From an uncultured virus (IMG/VR IMGVR_UViG_3300039159_000181) (Duplodnaviria > Heunggongvirae > Uroviricota > Caudoviricetes): a DNA stretch of 64,000 bases. Made by a program: the position numbers and the translations under genes. Location: the IMG/VR virus record IMGVR_UViG_3300039159_000181; one strand, written 5' to 3'. Positions 18,561-28,765 of the stretch are shown here, piece by piece (the stretch's first letter is position 1; the number at the start of each line of letters is the position of its first letter). The notes beneath the pieces are model-generated. The model was not told the DNA's origin. It was given only the letters and a program-made list of their open reading frames with translations, and searched no databases.

Positions 18561-18740
18561 TTACTCGACCGCGGGGGACTGCTGAAGGACGAGGTCAACT
18601 ACCTGTTCGGCCATAAGGAGGCTCTTGGGGCATAAGACGTCGAAACAATCGCAGGCGTAATTGCGGTTTAGAAAGCCCGCGACGCGGTCAACAGCCGCAT
18701 TTCGGAAAAGCTGCAATTCTGCATTTCGGTCAATCTGCAT
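18561..18740 (-). CDS. Small hypothetical protein (59 aa), absent from the ORF track
   Basis: MQIDRNAELQ…CDCFDVLCP… exactly fills the gap between recA and the resolvase. Confidence 0.6.
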   Translation of the reverse strand: MQIDRNAELQLFRNAAVDRVAGFLNRNYACDCFDVLCPKSLLMAEQVVDLVLQQSPAVE

Positions 18741-19809
18741 TAGTGCCCACTACGGCTTGCGGAGCAGTGGGGGTGTTAGCCATGACTTCGGCTTGCATCG
18801 CGTCAAACAGGTCGGGGTCTTCGCGAACGGCCTGCAGGAGGGCCTCTTGCCCGTTCCACTTAGCGTCTCCGCGGTAATACCATGCCCCGCGACGGTCTAC
18901 CGTGCCGAGGATGATGGCAAGGGACACAACCTCTTTCGCGAAGTCGTAGTCTCCGGCCTCGTAGATGCTGTGGTTTTTGAAGTAGAAGTCGACGTAGGCC
19001 ACCTGCTGGGGAGGAGAGACCTTGGACTTAATGGTGCGAATCTTGACTCGTTGACCGACGCGGACCTTGTTGGCCCCAGAGCCGGTCTCAATCCACTCAT
19101 CACGGCGCACCTCGCACCGCACGAAGTAGGCGTAGTCCTTGCCCTTCCCGCCGGGAGTGGTGCGGGGGTCCCCGTGCATCACTCCAATTTGCATGCGGAA
19201 CTGGTTAATGATGATTCCCGTTACGGGGCGCTCGTTCTCTGTCAGACTGCGCTTCATCGCGGCTCCGGCTTTGCGGAAAAACTTATTGGTAATCAGAGCG
19301 CCGCGGCCAACGGTCATCTCGTCCATCTGCTTCTCGTCCTCAGGAGCAGGAACCAGTGCGGGCAAAGAGTCCACCACGATGGCGTCAATAGCCTTGGACT
19401 CGGCAAAGTCAATAACTGCTTGGTATGCCTCCTCCATGATGTTGGTCTCGATAACAATGACGCGCGAGTGGTCGACTCCACACAGGGTGGCGTACGCCGG
19501 GGACCACTGTTCGGCGGCGACCCACACAGCAACCCAGTCGGGGTCGCGGCGCTGGTTGGCGGCAACGAACTTGAGGGCCAGCATGGTCTTCCCGTGGCTT
19601 GGCTCACCCACCAGCTCAGTCCACTGGTTGCTCGGGAAACCACCATTGAGGATGTAGTCCAAGGTCACGGAGCCCGAAGGAGAGCAGCCCACGAGGTCTT
19701 CACGGATGTCCTCACCAATGACGACAGAGTTGTCTCCGAGCTTCTTATTGATAGCGGCCATGACCTTCTTGGCTTCTGCGCTGATTGGCATGTTGTCCCT
19801 AACCGTCAA
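18730..19809 (-). CDS. recA: RecA recombinase
   Basis: SGSVTLD…GGFP; GEPSHGKT; VVDSLPALVP; INQFRMQIGVMHGDPRTTPGG. Confidence 0.95.
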   Translation of the reverse strand: MTVRDNMPISAEAKKVMAAINKKLGDNSVVIGEDIREDLVGCSPSGSVTLDYILNGGFPSNQWTELVGEPSHGKTMLALKFVAANQRRDPDWVAVWVAAEQWSPAYATLCGVDHSRVIVIETNIMEEAYQAVIDFAESKAIDAIVVDSLPALVPAPEDEKQMDEMTVGRGALITNKFFRKAGAAMKRSLTENERPVTGIIINQFRMQIGVMHGDPRTTPGGKGKDYAYFVRCEVRRDEWIETGSGANKVRVGQRVKIRTIKSKVSPPQQVAYVDFYFKNHSIYEAGDYDFAKEVVSLAIILGTVDRRGAWYYRGDAKWNGQEALLQAVREDPDLFDAMQAEVMANTPTAPQAVVGTNAD

Positions 19810-20188
19810 TTCTTCCGATGATGCCCTGCGGGTTCCAGTTGCTTACGCCGTCGTTCCCGCGAGAGGACTGCGTCGGACCCTCTACGTTTGCACCCGTCAA
19901 CGAGCCAAAACGACTGCCCGACTGCTCAATGGGGTATCCACAGTCGTAGCACCGCAGAGCAATCTGGGGTGTCGGGCGCATGTAGTTGACCGAGCTGCAC
20001 TGGGGGCAGTTCTCAGTCTGCTGAGCGGATGCCGCCTTCGGCTGCTGGAACTGCTGAAAGGAGGGCAGTGGAGCCATAGGCTGCTGTGTCTGGGGTACGA
20101 GAGAAGGCATCTGCGCCTGCTGTTGCTGTTGCTGCTGTGGGGCAGGTGCGTTGCCCAACTTACGCGCCCACCAGTCTGCGTTGTTCAC
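19799..20188 (-). CDS. Gln/Pro-rich zinc-ribbon protein
   Basis: CPQC…CYDCGYP. Confidence 0.7.
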   Translation of the reverse strand: MNNADWWARKLGNAPAPQQQQQQQAQMPSLVPQTQQPMAPLPSFQQFQQPKAASAQQTENCPQCSSVNYMRPTPQIALRCYDCGYPIEQSGSRFGSLTGANVEGPTQSSRGNDGVSNWNPQGIIGRIDG

Positions 20189-20622
20189 TTCTTACCCTTC
20201 TCCGTTTTCAGAACAGCCGTAGGTGTGCCAAGAACCAGTAGGCCGAGGCCCAGTAACTGCGAGATAGATGCCGCGGTAGACCGCAGGATGACCTCCGAGA
20301 GGGATGCCTGAGAGGCCACGGCAAACTCCATCACCCGCTCGCGTTCTTCGGGGGACAGTGACTCCAGGTGCTCCGCGACCATCGCACCAGAGGACGCGAG
20401 AGAGTGCGCGGCAAGCAGGGGAATAAGAGTCTGTACGTTTTTTAGCCGCTCTTCGCTCGCTTGCTCTTCGTGGTCCAGAACGTCGGGCGACATGGGGACC
20501 TTATCCGGAGAAAGGTGCCGGTGAGCGTTAGGCAGTCCTGTGTCCGAAAGGAACGTATGCAGGTGCTCTACTAACGGAATAGACAAAACAATAGCGGAGG
20601 GCTTACGGCGGAAAAACTTCAT
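20185..20622 (-). CDS. Hypothetical protein
   Basis: ATGA-coupled to the polymerase gene. Confidence 0.7.
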   Translation of the reverse strand: MKFFRRKPSAIVLSIPLVEHLHTFLSDTGLPNAHRHLSPDKVPMSPDVLDHEEQASEERLKNVQTLIPLLAAHSLASSGAMVAEHLESLSPEERERVMEFAVASQASLSEVILRSTAASISQLLGLGLLVLGTPTAVLKTEKGKK

Positions 20623-22676
20623 TTGGCCTCTCCCCAGCGGTCAACAATCTTGACGTCAGCAATAAGCGGAACTGTCATTTCCGGCAAGTGAATGCCTTCC
20701 ATAGATAGCCTAATGGCTTCTGCTGTTTCTTCCGCACGGCTCGCCGGAGTAGAAGTTACTAGCTCATCGTGAACCGTCAAAAGGACGTTTATATCGGGCT
20801 CATCGAGAAAGCAGGAGTGGGCGCGGACAATAGCGAGCTTCATGATGTCCGCCGCGGAGCCCTGAATAACGGTATTGAAAGCCTGCCTCTCGGCGCGAGA
20901 ACGACGAGAACGCTGTTCTTTATCCTTCTCCGTCATATCGCGGTACGGAATTGTCACGGCGGGCAGAAGAAGGTCAGGGATGTACCGCCGTCGACCAAAG
21001 ACCGTCTCGACATACGGGGTTCCCGAACGCTGACGTGCGAGCCTCACAATGCGCGCTTTGTACTGGCTGATGCGCGGGAACTGCTCCTCAAAGTCCGTCA
21101 TGAGCTGGCGTGCCTCGGTCATACTGCACCCGATGCTCGTGGCAACTTTATCCGGACCAATCCCGTACGACAGCGCCAAAACCATGGTCTTACCGCTGGA
21201 GCGGTCGATGTTGAGGCGCTCACCGATGGTGGTGTAAATGTCACGCCCTGCGCGGTAGTTCTCAATAAGGTCAGGGTCATTCGAAAAGGCGGCGATAACC
21301 CGCGGCTCAATCTGAGAGTAGTCCGCCACGACAAGCTGGTTGCCGGGCTCTGCGATAAACAGATTACGCACCATCTTCCCGTAGTCCGTTCGGGGGTTAG
21401 GGATATTCTGCATATTGGGCTTTGACGACGAGATGCGGCCAGTTTCCGCCCCGTGCGCTTTGAAGTCGGTGTGGACACGTCCGTCAATCAGCAGGCTCTC
21501 TCGCGGTACGAGCCTGGTCTTGCCGTTGGTGGTGCGCTTGACGAGGCCACCGGTGTACGGCATGACATACGTCGTCATGAGCTTATTGAGGTCTTGATAC
21601 GCCAGTAACGCATCTACCAAAGCGTCTTTGCCGCGGTAGAACTCCAGTGCATCCGCCGAAGTGGACAGCATCGTGTGGTCTACGTCATTACCGGCCTTGA
21701 CCGCCTCACGCCCGCGCTCCGTAAGCGCCGCCTGGAACTTGCGGTCGGGAGTAATGCGCGGCTTCTTGCTGTATCCCGGCGAGGCGAACAACAGCCGTTG
21801 CTTTTCTTGAATTGAATTAATGGGAAAGGCTTTACCGGCTAGACGGTAGACGTTGCCCTCGGCCTCTTCAATATCTGCAAGAAGCTGCACCCGGAGGGTC
21901 TCTAGCTTGTCGACGTCAAGGACGGCCCCTCGCAGCTCCATATCGCACAGGGCAACCAGGACATCCATCTCCAGCCGCCAGACGCGGCTCAAGGAGCCCT
22001 CCAGCTTGACGGCGAGCTTCTTGTACAACTGCCACGTCAACTCTGAGTCAATGGCTGAGTACAGCGCTACGTCTTCAAACGAGTGCAGGGCAATGTTGAC
22101 TCCGATGCCCTTCTCCATCTCGACTCCGAGGTTCCTCTTCACCGAGTCCTTTAGCTTCAGGGAGTTCTTGTGGAGGTTGTTGATGATGAACCCCGCCATC
22201 ATGGTGTCAAAGTGCGGGCCTGCCGGAACTGCGCCCCGGAAGTACTTCGCGACGGACTCCAGGTCAAACTTTGCGTTGTGCGCAATCTTGAGCGCAGGGC
22301 CGAACATGACCGGTCGAAGGGCCGCGAACACCGCCCCTGGGGTGAGTTGCTGTGGTGCCGGACCAAACACCGGCTCGCGCTTGCTGTCGGCTTGGGAGTA
22401 GTGCTTATCCGTTACCTCTTTGCCCTCGGCAAGCCTCCGGCGACCCTCCGCCAAGATAGGACGGTTCCAGCTTAGGAAAGAGCCGTGTGGGTGTCCCATG
22501 GGGATAACGTCGGTGCGGTTATCGGTCGCAAAGCTAATCCAACAGACGTCGTTTATCTTGCGGATAAGGCGGTTCTCGCCAATGGTCTCAACGTCGAAGG
22601 CGAAGGCCTCGACGGAGCGGTAGTGCGCGACGAACTCAGCTAGCTGAGACTCGGTGGTAATGAGATTGAACTCCAT
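20619..22676 (-). CDS. DNA polymerase family A with 3'-5' exonuclease
   Basis: AFDVET, HNAKFD, YSAID; TGRISSSKPNMQNIP; ADYSQIEPR; IQGSAAD; TVHDEL. Confidence 0.96.
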   Translation of the reverse strand: MEFNLITTESQLAEFVAHYRSVEAFAFDVETIGENRLIRKINDVCWISFATDNRTDVIPMGHPHGSFLSWNRPILAEGRRRLAEGKEVTDKHYSQADSKREPVFGPAPQQLTPGAVFAALRPVMFGPALKIAHNAKFDLESVAKYFRGAVPAGPHFDTMMAGFIINNLHKNSLKLKDSVKRNLGVEMEKGIGVNIALHSFEDVALYSAIDSELTWQLYKKLAVKLEGSLSRVWRLEMDVLVALCDMELRGAVLDVDKLETLRVQLLADIEEAEGNVYRLAGKAFPINSIQEKQRLLFASPGYSKKPRITPDRKFQAALTERGREAVKAGNDVDHTMLSTSADALEFYRGKDALVDALLAYQDLNKLMTTYVMPYTGGLVKRTTNGKTRLVPRESLLIDGRVHTDFKAHGAETGRISSSKPNMQNIPNPRTDYGKMVRNLFIAEPGNQLVVADYSQIEPRVIAAFSNDPDLIENYRAGRDIYTTIGERLNIDRSSGKTMVLALSYGIGPDKVATSIGCSMTEARQLMTDFEEQFPRISQYKARIVRLARQRSGTPYVETVFGRRRYIPDLLLPAVTIPYRDMTEKDKEQRSRRSRAERQAFNTVIQGSAADIMKLAIVRAHSCFLDEPDINVLLTVHDELVTSTPASRAEETAEAIRLSMEGIHLPEMTVPLIADVKIVDRWGEAK

Positions 22677-22700
22677 GATGTCCTCTGCGTAGTAGCCAAT

Positions 22701-22750
22701 AAAGACAAGAAGAAGGCCCCGCTAGTCATGGGATAACTAACGAGGCCCTC
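22701..22750 (-). terminator. Intrinsic terminator after the SSB gene
   Basis: GAGGGCCTCGTTAGTTA…TGACTAGCGGGGCCTTC hairpin followed by a U-rich tail. Confidence 0.65.
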
Positions 22751-22761
22751 CACGGTGGTGG

Positions 22762-23430
22762 CTACTTGAGGCCGACGAGCGCCTGGGCGACCGTCATGTG
22801 CTCCTCATAGCTGAGAACGCGAATCTCGCTGGAGTCGTACGGTACGAGGTTGTGCAGGAGGCTGTCGGAGACCGCGGGGTCAAGCTCCCACTCCTCGGAC
22901 AGGTCCTCGCGCTTGACGCGCTCCAGGGTGTAGGTCGTCTGAGGACCACTGCCCTGGCGAGAAACTGACCAGAAGTGCTTGCTCAACGGCCCACGACGGG
23001 CGTCGTCGTTTGCGGCCTTAAGCTGACGAGCAAGGGTCGGCGGTGCCGTCAGAATCTGGAGGTTGGGGACGTCGTCCGTCAACACCAAGACATTGAAGGC
23101 AAACTTGCCGCGCGGCTTTTGGCCCGCCACAACGGACAAGGGGTCTTCGTCGCCGAGGCTGACGTAGGACTTCTTGCCCTCTTTCTCAATCCAGAACTGC
23201 TCGTAGACAGCGAAAGGCTTGTCTTCGACGAAGCGGACGAGTTGTGCCGACTCTGTGAACTTGAAGTCAACGGCATAGTCGCTGTCTTTCTTGTCCATCA
23301 GCTTCGACGCGTCGTCCCAGCCACCGGCTTGAACCGAGGTCTGGTGCTTACCAACAGCGCTTGCAGAATCTTCGACTAGGTCACCTGAAAAGTTGACGTA
23401 GCGGGCTGCATCCATGGTGGGGTTTTGCAT
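22762..23430 (-). CDS. Single-stranded DNA-binding protein (gp32-like)
   Basis: LVRF…FAFNVL…SRQGSGPQTTY; adjacent to the polymerase. Confidence 0.65.
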   Translation of the reverse strand: MQNPTMDAARYVNFSGDLVEDSASAVGKHQTSVQAGGWDDASKLMDKKDSDYAVDFKFTESAQLVRFVEDKPFAVYEQFWIEKEGKKSYVSLGDEDPLSVVAGQKPRGKFAFNVLVLTDDVPNLQILTAPPTLARQLKAANDDARRGPLSKHFWSVSRQGSGPQTTYTLERVKREDLSEEWELDPAVSDSLLHNLVPYDSSEIRVLSYEEHMTVAQALVGLK

Positions 23431-23496
23431 TGGTTCTTCTTTCGGTCATGAGGCCCAGGGCTCTCGGGGGATTTAGGTTGTGAGGCACTACGGCTC

Positions 23497-24018
23497 TCAG
23501 GCCACTGCGTCCTTCCAGCGGGCAATGATGCTTGCTGTTAGGTCGGGGTGGTGTGACCACTCTACACGAGCCGCACCCAAAAGATTACGACTTGAAAACT
23601 CTTCAATAGCAATCTCAATGAGAATCCGAGTGTATACCCGATTTCCATTGACCTGCTTACCCTGCAGTGTCTTCGCTTTCAGTCGATACGGGGCGGCGGG
23701 GATGTAGCCCCGCTTCTCCCAAGAGCGAATAGTGACCACGCTTTTCTCTAGCGCCAGGGCCAGCGCGCCAATAGAAAACAACGAGGTCTCTACCCCGCGG
23801 ACACTGCGGATAATGGGCGACTGGTCCCAGCCGGTGGGCTCTTGGAATGCTTTCTGACGGTTCTTGGCGGCGGTGACGTTGTCCGGTCGGCGGGCACTCT
23901 TAGAGCCGGGGGCACGGTCGAGGCCCTCAAATGAGCGCAGAACGTCCTCCGCACTGCGAAGTCCAACCACGGTCAGTTCTTCCGGGGTGCGCGGGGCTTC
24001 TGCGGGGTCAGCGCCCAC
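23497..24018 (-). CDS. MerR-like HTH protein
   Basis: FSIGALALALEKSVVTIRSWEKRGYIP…RVYT. Confidence 0.8.
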   Translation of the reverse strand: MGADPAEAPRTPEELTVVGLRSAEDVLRSFEGLDRAPGSKSARRPDNVTAAKNRQKAFQEPTGWDQSPIIRSVRGVETSLFSIGALALALEKSVVTIRSWEKRGYIPAAPYRLKAKTLQGKQVNGNRVYTRILIEIAIEEFSSRNLLGAARVEWSHHPDLTASIIARWKDAVA

Positions 24019-24440
24019 GTCACGGTCACGGGGTAGAGGGCATCCAGGTCATCCTCGGAGATAAGACCCTCCCAGTGCGCCTGGAGGAGTTCCTCCTCGT
24101 CAATGGCCTGTGTCACGACCGTCTTTACGACGCGGTCCTCCAGCCCCAACTGCTTCAACCGCTCGGTGACCGTCTCCGTGTCCAGGAGCTTGCGCGATGA
24201 GCGACGCTGCTTCTGGATTCCGGTGTAGCCCTCAATGGCGTTCGGGAACAGGACGTTGAGGCTTCCTTTGTCGTCTTCTTCGCCAAGGGCATCCAGAAGT
24301 TCCAGGAGCTTGTCGCGGTCTACTTTCATCTCTTCGGACAGGGCATCGACAAGAACCTTCTTCTTGAGGAAGGAACGACTGACCCCATCGAGGGTGTCGG
24401 TGTCCAGAATGCGGGGTTCCGTGGGGATGATTTCAACCAT
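23973..24440 (-). CDS. Hypothetical protein
   Basis: 155 aa, AGGAG RBS. Confidence 0.7.
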   Translation of the reverse strand: MVEIIPTEPRILDTDTLDGVSRSFLKKKVLVDALSEEMKVDRDKLLELLDALGEEDDKGSLNVLFPNAIEGYTGIQKQRRSSRKLLDTETVTERLKQLGLEDRVVKTVVTQAIDEEELLQAHWEGLISEDDLDALYPVTVTWALTPQKPRAPRKN

Positions 24441-24455
24441 TATCTGCTCCTGTTG

Positions 24456-26021
24456 TTAGTTGATAGCTTGCTTCAGGAATGCTAGCAGGCTCCGGCTATC
24501 TAGTTCCATCCCGCCGACGTCGTCGACGCCGGAACCATCCAGCAGGGCACCGGCTACTGCAAGCTTCTGGTGGACCAGGTCATGCTGGCGAATATCCAAC
24601 GAGCGCTCCACTAGGAAGTCCTGGACAATGACCATCTTCCACTCTGAGGAGACCCGCTGAATGCGGCCATTTCGCTGGAGAAGAGCACCCGCTGACCAGG
24701 GGAGGTCGACGTTGACCAGCAGATTGGCCTGGGGGAGGTTGACGCCGTATCCGCCAGCATCTGAGCTGACGAACACCCGCACCTCGGGGTCCTCCTGGAA
24801 CAGCTTCTTGTTGGCGTCTTTCTGCGCGAGGGATAGCCTCCCGGAGTAGGGAACCGCCTTCGCCCCGAAGCGCGCGACCAAAGTCTCGACAGCATCGACC
24901 CAGGAGACAAACACCACGACCTTGTAACTCGGGTCAATCTCAAGAAACTCCGTGACGTAGGCCTCTACGGCATCGAGCTTGGGAGTGCCGTAATTGAACG
25001 CCAGCAGTCCCTCGTCAACCAACTGCGCGGCGTACGCGCTGCCGTCATCGCGGGTCGGGTCGTGGTGATGCTGCGCGGAAAGGGTGATGAGCTCTGGAGA
25101 CACGCAGAGTTGCCGGAGGCAGGTGATTCCGGACATCACCGCACCGAGCACAGCGTTTCGGGGGTCTTGATAGCCGAGGCCCGCTCCGCCATACAGCGTC
25201 GACAGGCTAAAGATGCCGCCGGTCTGCGCAAGCTTCTCTAGATGGGGCATAAGGTCTCCCACCAGCCTGCTATGGAGCTTTCGGCTCCGAGCATCGAGAG
25301 GCACCACGATGGGGTCGCGGTACATCGTGGTGGGCAGATACGGGGCGACCGCGGGGTCGGCTTGGGTACGGCGGACCATGACGGAGTCAAGCCGAGTGTG
25401 CAGGCCCGCTAGGTTTCGGTACCGCTCGACAGCCCCAAAGGTGTTGCGCTCGATGTAGGCCTCGTCAAAGGACTTAAAGTCGCCTAGAACTGTGCGGTCG
25501 ACAAACTCCATAATGGAGAACAGCTCCTCCGCGCGGCCATTCTCGATGGGGGTCCCCGTGAGCGCTAAGCGGTATGCGACCTTACGGGCCAGGGCCTTGA
25601 CGCGGCGGGTGCGCTGAGCTCTGAAGTTCTTCAGGGCAGTTACTTCGTCGCAGACGATGGCTGAAAACTCCATCTTGCCGAGCAACTTCCAGTCCTTGGT
25701 CACCTGCTCGTAGTTGACGATGACATACGAGAAGGTGCGCGCGAGGGAATACTGCTCAGCGCGCTGTTTCGGGGTTCCGGAAATGACGATGGATTTACGG
25801 TCGGTGAACTTTGCGATTTCTCCCGCCCACTGCGCCTTCAGCGTGGACAGCGCGACGATGAGCACCGGCTTCGTTACCGCTCCCTGCTCCCGCAGAGTTT
25901 CGATGGCCGCAAGAGACGTCGGAGTCTTACCAAGACCCATCTCGTACGCTACTAAGGCGCGGCCCGACAGGAGGACTTGTAGGTCCTGCTGTTGGTAAGG
26001 GTGAAGGGTTCCCGTAAACAT
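24456..26021 (-). CDS. SNF2-family helicase
   Basis: EMGLGKT, CDEV, LTGTPIEN, GGYGVNL, QRNGRIQR. Confidence 0.92.
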   Translation of the reverse strand: MFTGTLHPYQQQDLQVLLSGRALVAYEMGLGKTPTSLAAIETLREQGAVTKPVLIVALSTLKAQWAGEIAKFTDRKSIVISGTPKQRAEQYSLARTFSYVIVNYEQVTKDWKLLGKMEFSAIVCDEVTALKNFRAQRTRRVKALARKVAYRLALTGTPIENGRAEELFSIMEFVDRTVLGDFKSFDEAYIERNTFGAVERYRNLAGLHTRLDSVMVRRTQADPAVAPYLPTTMYRDPIVVPLDARSRKLHSRLVGDLMPHLEKLAQTGGIFSLSTLYGGAGLGYQDPRNAVLGAVMSGITCLRQLCVSPELITLSAQHHHDPTRDDGSAYAAQLVDEGLLAFNYGTPKLDAVEAYVTEFLEIDPSYKVVVFVSWVDAVETLVARFGAKAVPYSGRLSLAQKDANKKLFQEDPEVRVFVSSDAGGYGVNLPQANLLVNVDLPWSAGALLQRNGRIQRVSSEWKMVIVQDFLVERSLDIRQHDLVHQKLAVAGALLDGSGVDDVGGMELDSRSLLAFLKQAIN

Positions 26022-27027
26022 ATGCCCGCTCGCCGTAGAGGTAGGAGATTGCATTCTCCATTCCCCAAGTGATTTCCTCGTCGGTCATCTCTCCGGGGTC
26101 TTTCTTTCCAGTACTACCGTAGTTGAAGAATCGAGCATTAACGCCATATTTGTGGCACAGTTCCATAACCTCCTGCGAGGCCTTTCGACCGGCGGTATCG
26201 AGGTTGGGATTGTCAAAAGCAAAAACGACGTTATCCACCGAGCGAATGAGCTTGAACTGCTCATCGGACATAGAGGAGCCGCAGATAGCTACTGCGGATA
26301 TGTTTCCCACATCATAAAAACGGATGCAGTCCAACGGAGACTCCACAACCACTACCGAGTCTCCAGTGAGCTGCGGCAAGCCAAAGAGCGTCCGTGACTT
26401 CTTCATCCCCGGCGGTCGGTTGAAAAAGTGCTTGTGGAACTGGCCCTTCTCCTGCCATCCCAGCAGGTCGGGCCTAGAAGAGGCTCCAGAGTTATCCACC
26501 GAGCTGTCGAACTGCCAAATTGGAAGTACCCAGAGCTGCTTCTTCTCGTCCCAGAGGACTCCAAAGTGCGCAATGGCCTCTCCACTAACTCCTCTAGCCG
26601 TAAGTGCCTCCGTAGGAGGTGGCCCGAAGAGCGCCAGTCGGGCGCGGGACATCGGAACAACCGAATCAGCCGACTCCATGACACGTTTTGGGATGGACGC
26701 CAGCAGCGTCGCCAGCCGGTCGGGGTCAATCTCGGCGATGTTGTCCAGCCACGCGCGGGCGGCGACAAAGTCATACGAGACCTCATCGCCCCAAAGTACG
26801 GTGACGAAGCCCTGGACATCGGCCACCAGCGCAAGGAGACCCCCGGAATAGTGGCAGGAGAAGCAGATGTGCTGGCCCGTGGAGAGGTTGACCCACCAGG
26901 AGGGGCTGTTGTCCTCGCGACCGACAATGCGGCGATGCGCGGGGCACAGGGCGTTGGCCTCATTTCCCCGCACGCTGTAGTCGAGTCCGAGGGCCTCCAG
27001 GACCTCCTCGACATTTACGGTGCTCAC
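25927..27027 (-). CDS. DNA primase (zinc finger + TOPRIM)
   Basis: CPAH…CFSC; VVESPLD; FDN…AG; KDPGE. Confidence 0.88.
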   Translation of the reverse strand: MSTVNVEEVLEALGLDYSVRGNEANALCPAHRRIVGREDNSPSWWVNLSTGQHICFSCHYSGGLLALVADVQGFVTVLWGDEVSYDFVAARAWLDNIAEIDPDRLATLLASIPKRVMESADSVVPMSRARLALFGPPPTEALTARGVSGEAIAHFGVLWDEKKQLWVLPIWQFDSSVDNSGASSRPDLLGWQEKGQFHKHFFNRPPGMKKSRTLFGLPQLTGDSVVVVESPLDCIRFYDVGNISAVAICGSSMSDEQFKLIRSVDNVVFAFDNPNLDTAGRKASQEVMELCHKYGVNARFFNYGSTGKKDPGEMTDEEITWGMENAISYLYGERAYVYGNPSPLPTAGPTSPPVGPRLSSVRDGSW

Positions 27028-28292
27028 GGCGTTTGGGACCAGACCGCGGAGTCGTTACAGAACTGGCACGAGAGTTGCTGTGACTCGTCGTGAAAACAGC
27101 CACGGTCCCAGTTCCATGTAATGGAGGTCTCTGAGGGGGGACAGTTACGCGACTGGACAATCTTCAACAGGCGGATGCCCTCATCCCCCTCGACCGGCTC
27201 CAAGCCAAGGATGACGTCGGAGTCTTGGAAGAACGACGAGGAGTAGCCGATGGAGTCCGCAGAGACCTTGTTCCCCTTCATTTTCCACAGCAGAGTCTGG
27301 GTCGTGATGACGATGGGGATATTGAGCTTCTGCGCCATCCGCTTGAGTCCGCGGGTGATGTTCGTCAGCGCCTGAGGGGTATTGGCCTCTCCGGTGACCT
27401 CGTCCAACATCAGGTAAACACCGTCGATGAACACGATGTCGGGCTTCTTCTGCTCGACACTGGCCAGGATAGAGCTGATGGTGAGACCGCCCACTGCATC
27501 GGTCAAGTGGAAGGGCTGCTCGCCGTTCATGGCGATGAGCTCATTCTGGTAGCGGAGCTTCTCGTCGTCATGCAGTGCCCCGCGACGAAGTCGGGCGTGC
27601 GAGATATGCGCACGCATGGCGTCGGCCCGCTGTTGCTGTTCGTGGTTGTTCATCTCGAAGGACTGAAAGATGGGTACCTTGCCGGATTTGTGGATGTTCA
27701 ACGCCACCTGCAGGGCAATCATCGACTTTCCCGTCTTGGGCGGGGCGATGATAGTCACAAGCTGTCCCGCCTGCAGGCCCGCGGTCGCCTCGTCAATCTT
27801 CTCGAAGCCGGTGGCGATGCCGAGCAGAGCACCGGAGGAGTTAACGAGGTCTTCGTACGCCTCGAAGCGCTTCTCCGCGTCTTTCGTGAGGTCGATGTGG
27901 GTGGTCCCCTGGACCCCCTGCTCGTTGACAATCGTGAGGGTCTTCTGCATCTCCAGCAGAGCAGCCTCGTGGTCGTTTGTCTGCAGACTCTCGACGACCT
28001 GCGCTGTTCCCGAGAGGGTCAGCTTCTTGCGGCGAAAGGCCACCATCTGGTCAACGAGGTAGTCGATGGTGTCTTCGACATTGACGGCTTTGAAGTTGGG
28101 ATAGTTATCCCGAACGGTGGTGTACGTCGGCACCTCTCGGTATTGCGCGTAGTGCTCCCGCACAAACGTCCAGACCCGGCGGAGGTCATCATCGACAAAC
28201 CAATCGTCTTTGATTCCTGTTTCCAACAGAGGAATGATATTGCGGTCAAGAATTGCCTTGCTAAGAAGGCGGTATTCATTATCGTGCGCCAT
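27024..28292 (-). CDS. dnaB: DnaB-like replicative helicase
   Basis: IATGF…GLQAGQL…APPKTGKS; SFEM; FIDGVYLM; QDSD. Confidence 0.92.
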   Translation of the reverse strand: MAHDNEYRLLSKAILDRNIIPLLETGIKDDWFVDDDLRRVWTFVREHYAQYREVPTYTTVRDNYPNFKAVNVEDTIDYLVDQMVAFRRKKLTLSGTAQVVESLQTNDHEAALLEMQKTLTIVNEQGVQGTTHIDLTKDAEKRFEAYEDLVNSSGALLGIATGFEKIDEATAGLQAGQLVTIIAPPKTGKSMIALQVALNIHKSGKVPIFQSFEMNNHEQQQRADAMRAHISHARLRRGALHDDEKLRYQNELIAMNGEQPFHLTDAVGGLTISSILASVEQKKPDIVFIDGVYLMLDEVTGEANTPQALTNITRGLKRMAQKLNIPIVITTQTLLWKMKGNKVSADSIGYSSSFFQDSDVILGLEPVEGDEGIRLLKIVQSRNCPPSETSITWNWDRGCFHDESQQLSCQFCNDSAVWSQTP

Positions 28293-28348
28293 GTATTTAT
28301 CCCGAAATAGTAGAAGGCGAAAGGTAAATGCGTGCCGTGCAGAACTCG

Positions 28349-28765
28349 CTAAAGGTTGAGAGAAAAGTACCAAGAGCCGTAGCGAGCGGCTCTCTGGTGC
28401 ATGTCGACCACACCCTGCAGGTTAGGTCGGTACGGCAGGTCGTTGATGAAGTCTTCGACGCTGGGGTAGACCTCGGCGTGGTTGAACGGGTTGGCCCCCC
28501 GGCCATCCAGTCGCGCCATGACGCGGTCGAGGTCCGACTGTTCCCAGACCTCGTCCGCAAAGGCGACAAGCTCCACACTGAGTCCATGCTTGCTGGAGAA
28601 GTTCCAGAGGTAGGACAAGACGCGGTTGTCGTAGCTCACCTCTGAGCGCTTGGTAACCGAGCGTCGAAGGAGCTTCTTATCTTCTTCGACTTCCGAGGAA
28701 CCAATGACGTCAATAACAACAATGAGGCGGCGGGGTGTTTCGTTAGAGATGTCTCCGCCGCGCAT
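28349..28765 (-). CDS. Hypothetical protein (possibly degenerate HAD-like)
   Basis: 138 aa, coupled start. Confidence 0.65.
   Translation of the reverse strand: MRGGDISNETPRRLIVVIDVIGSSEVEEDKKLLRRSVTKRSEVSYDNRVLSYLWNFSSKHGLSVELVAFADEVWEQSDLDRVMARLDGRGANPFNHAEVYPSVEDFINDLPYRPNLQGVVDMHQRAARYGSWYFSLNL

Noticed and set aside
18730..28292. Inteins or introns in RecA, PolA or DnaB
   Set aside because: The proteins are of normal length with contiguous motifs.
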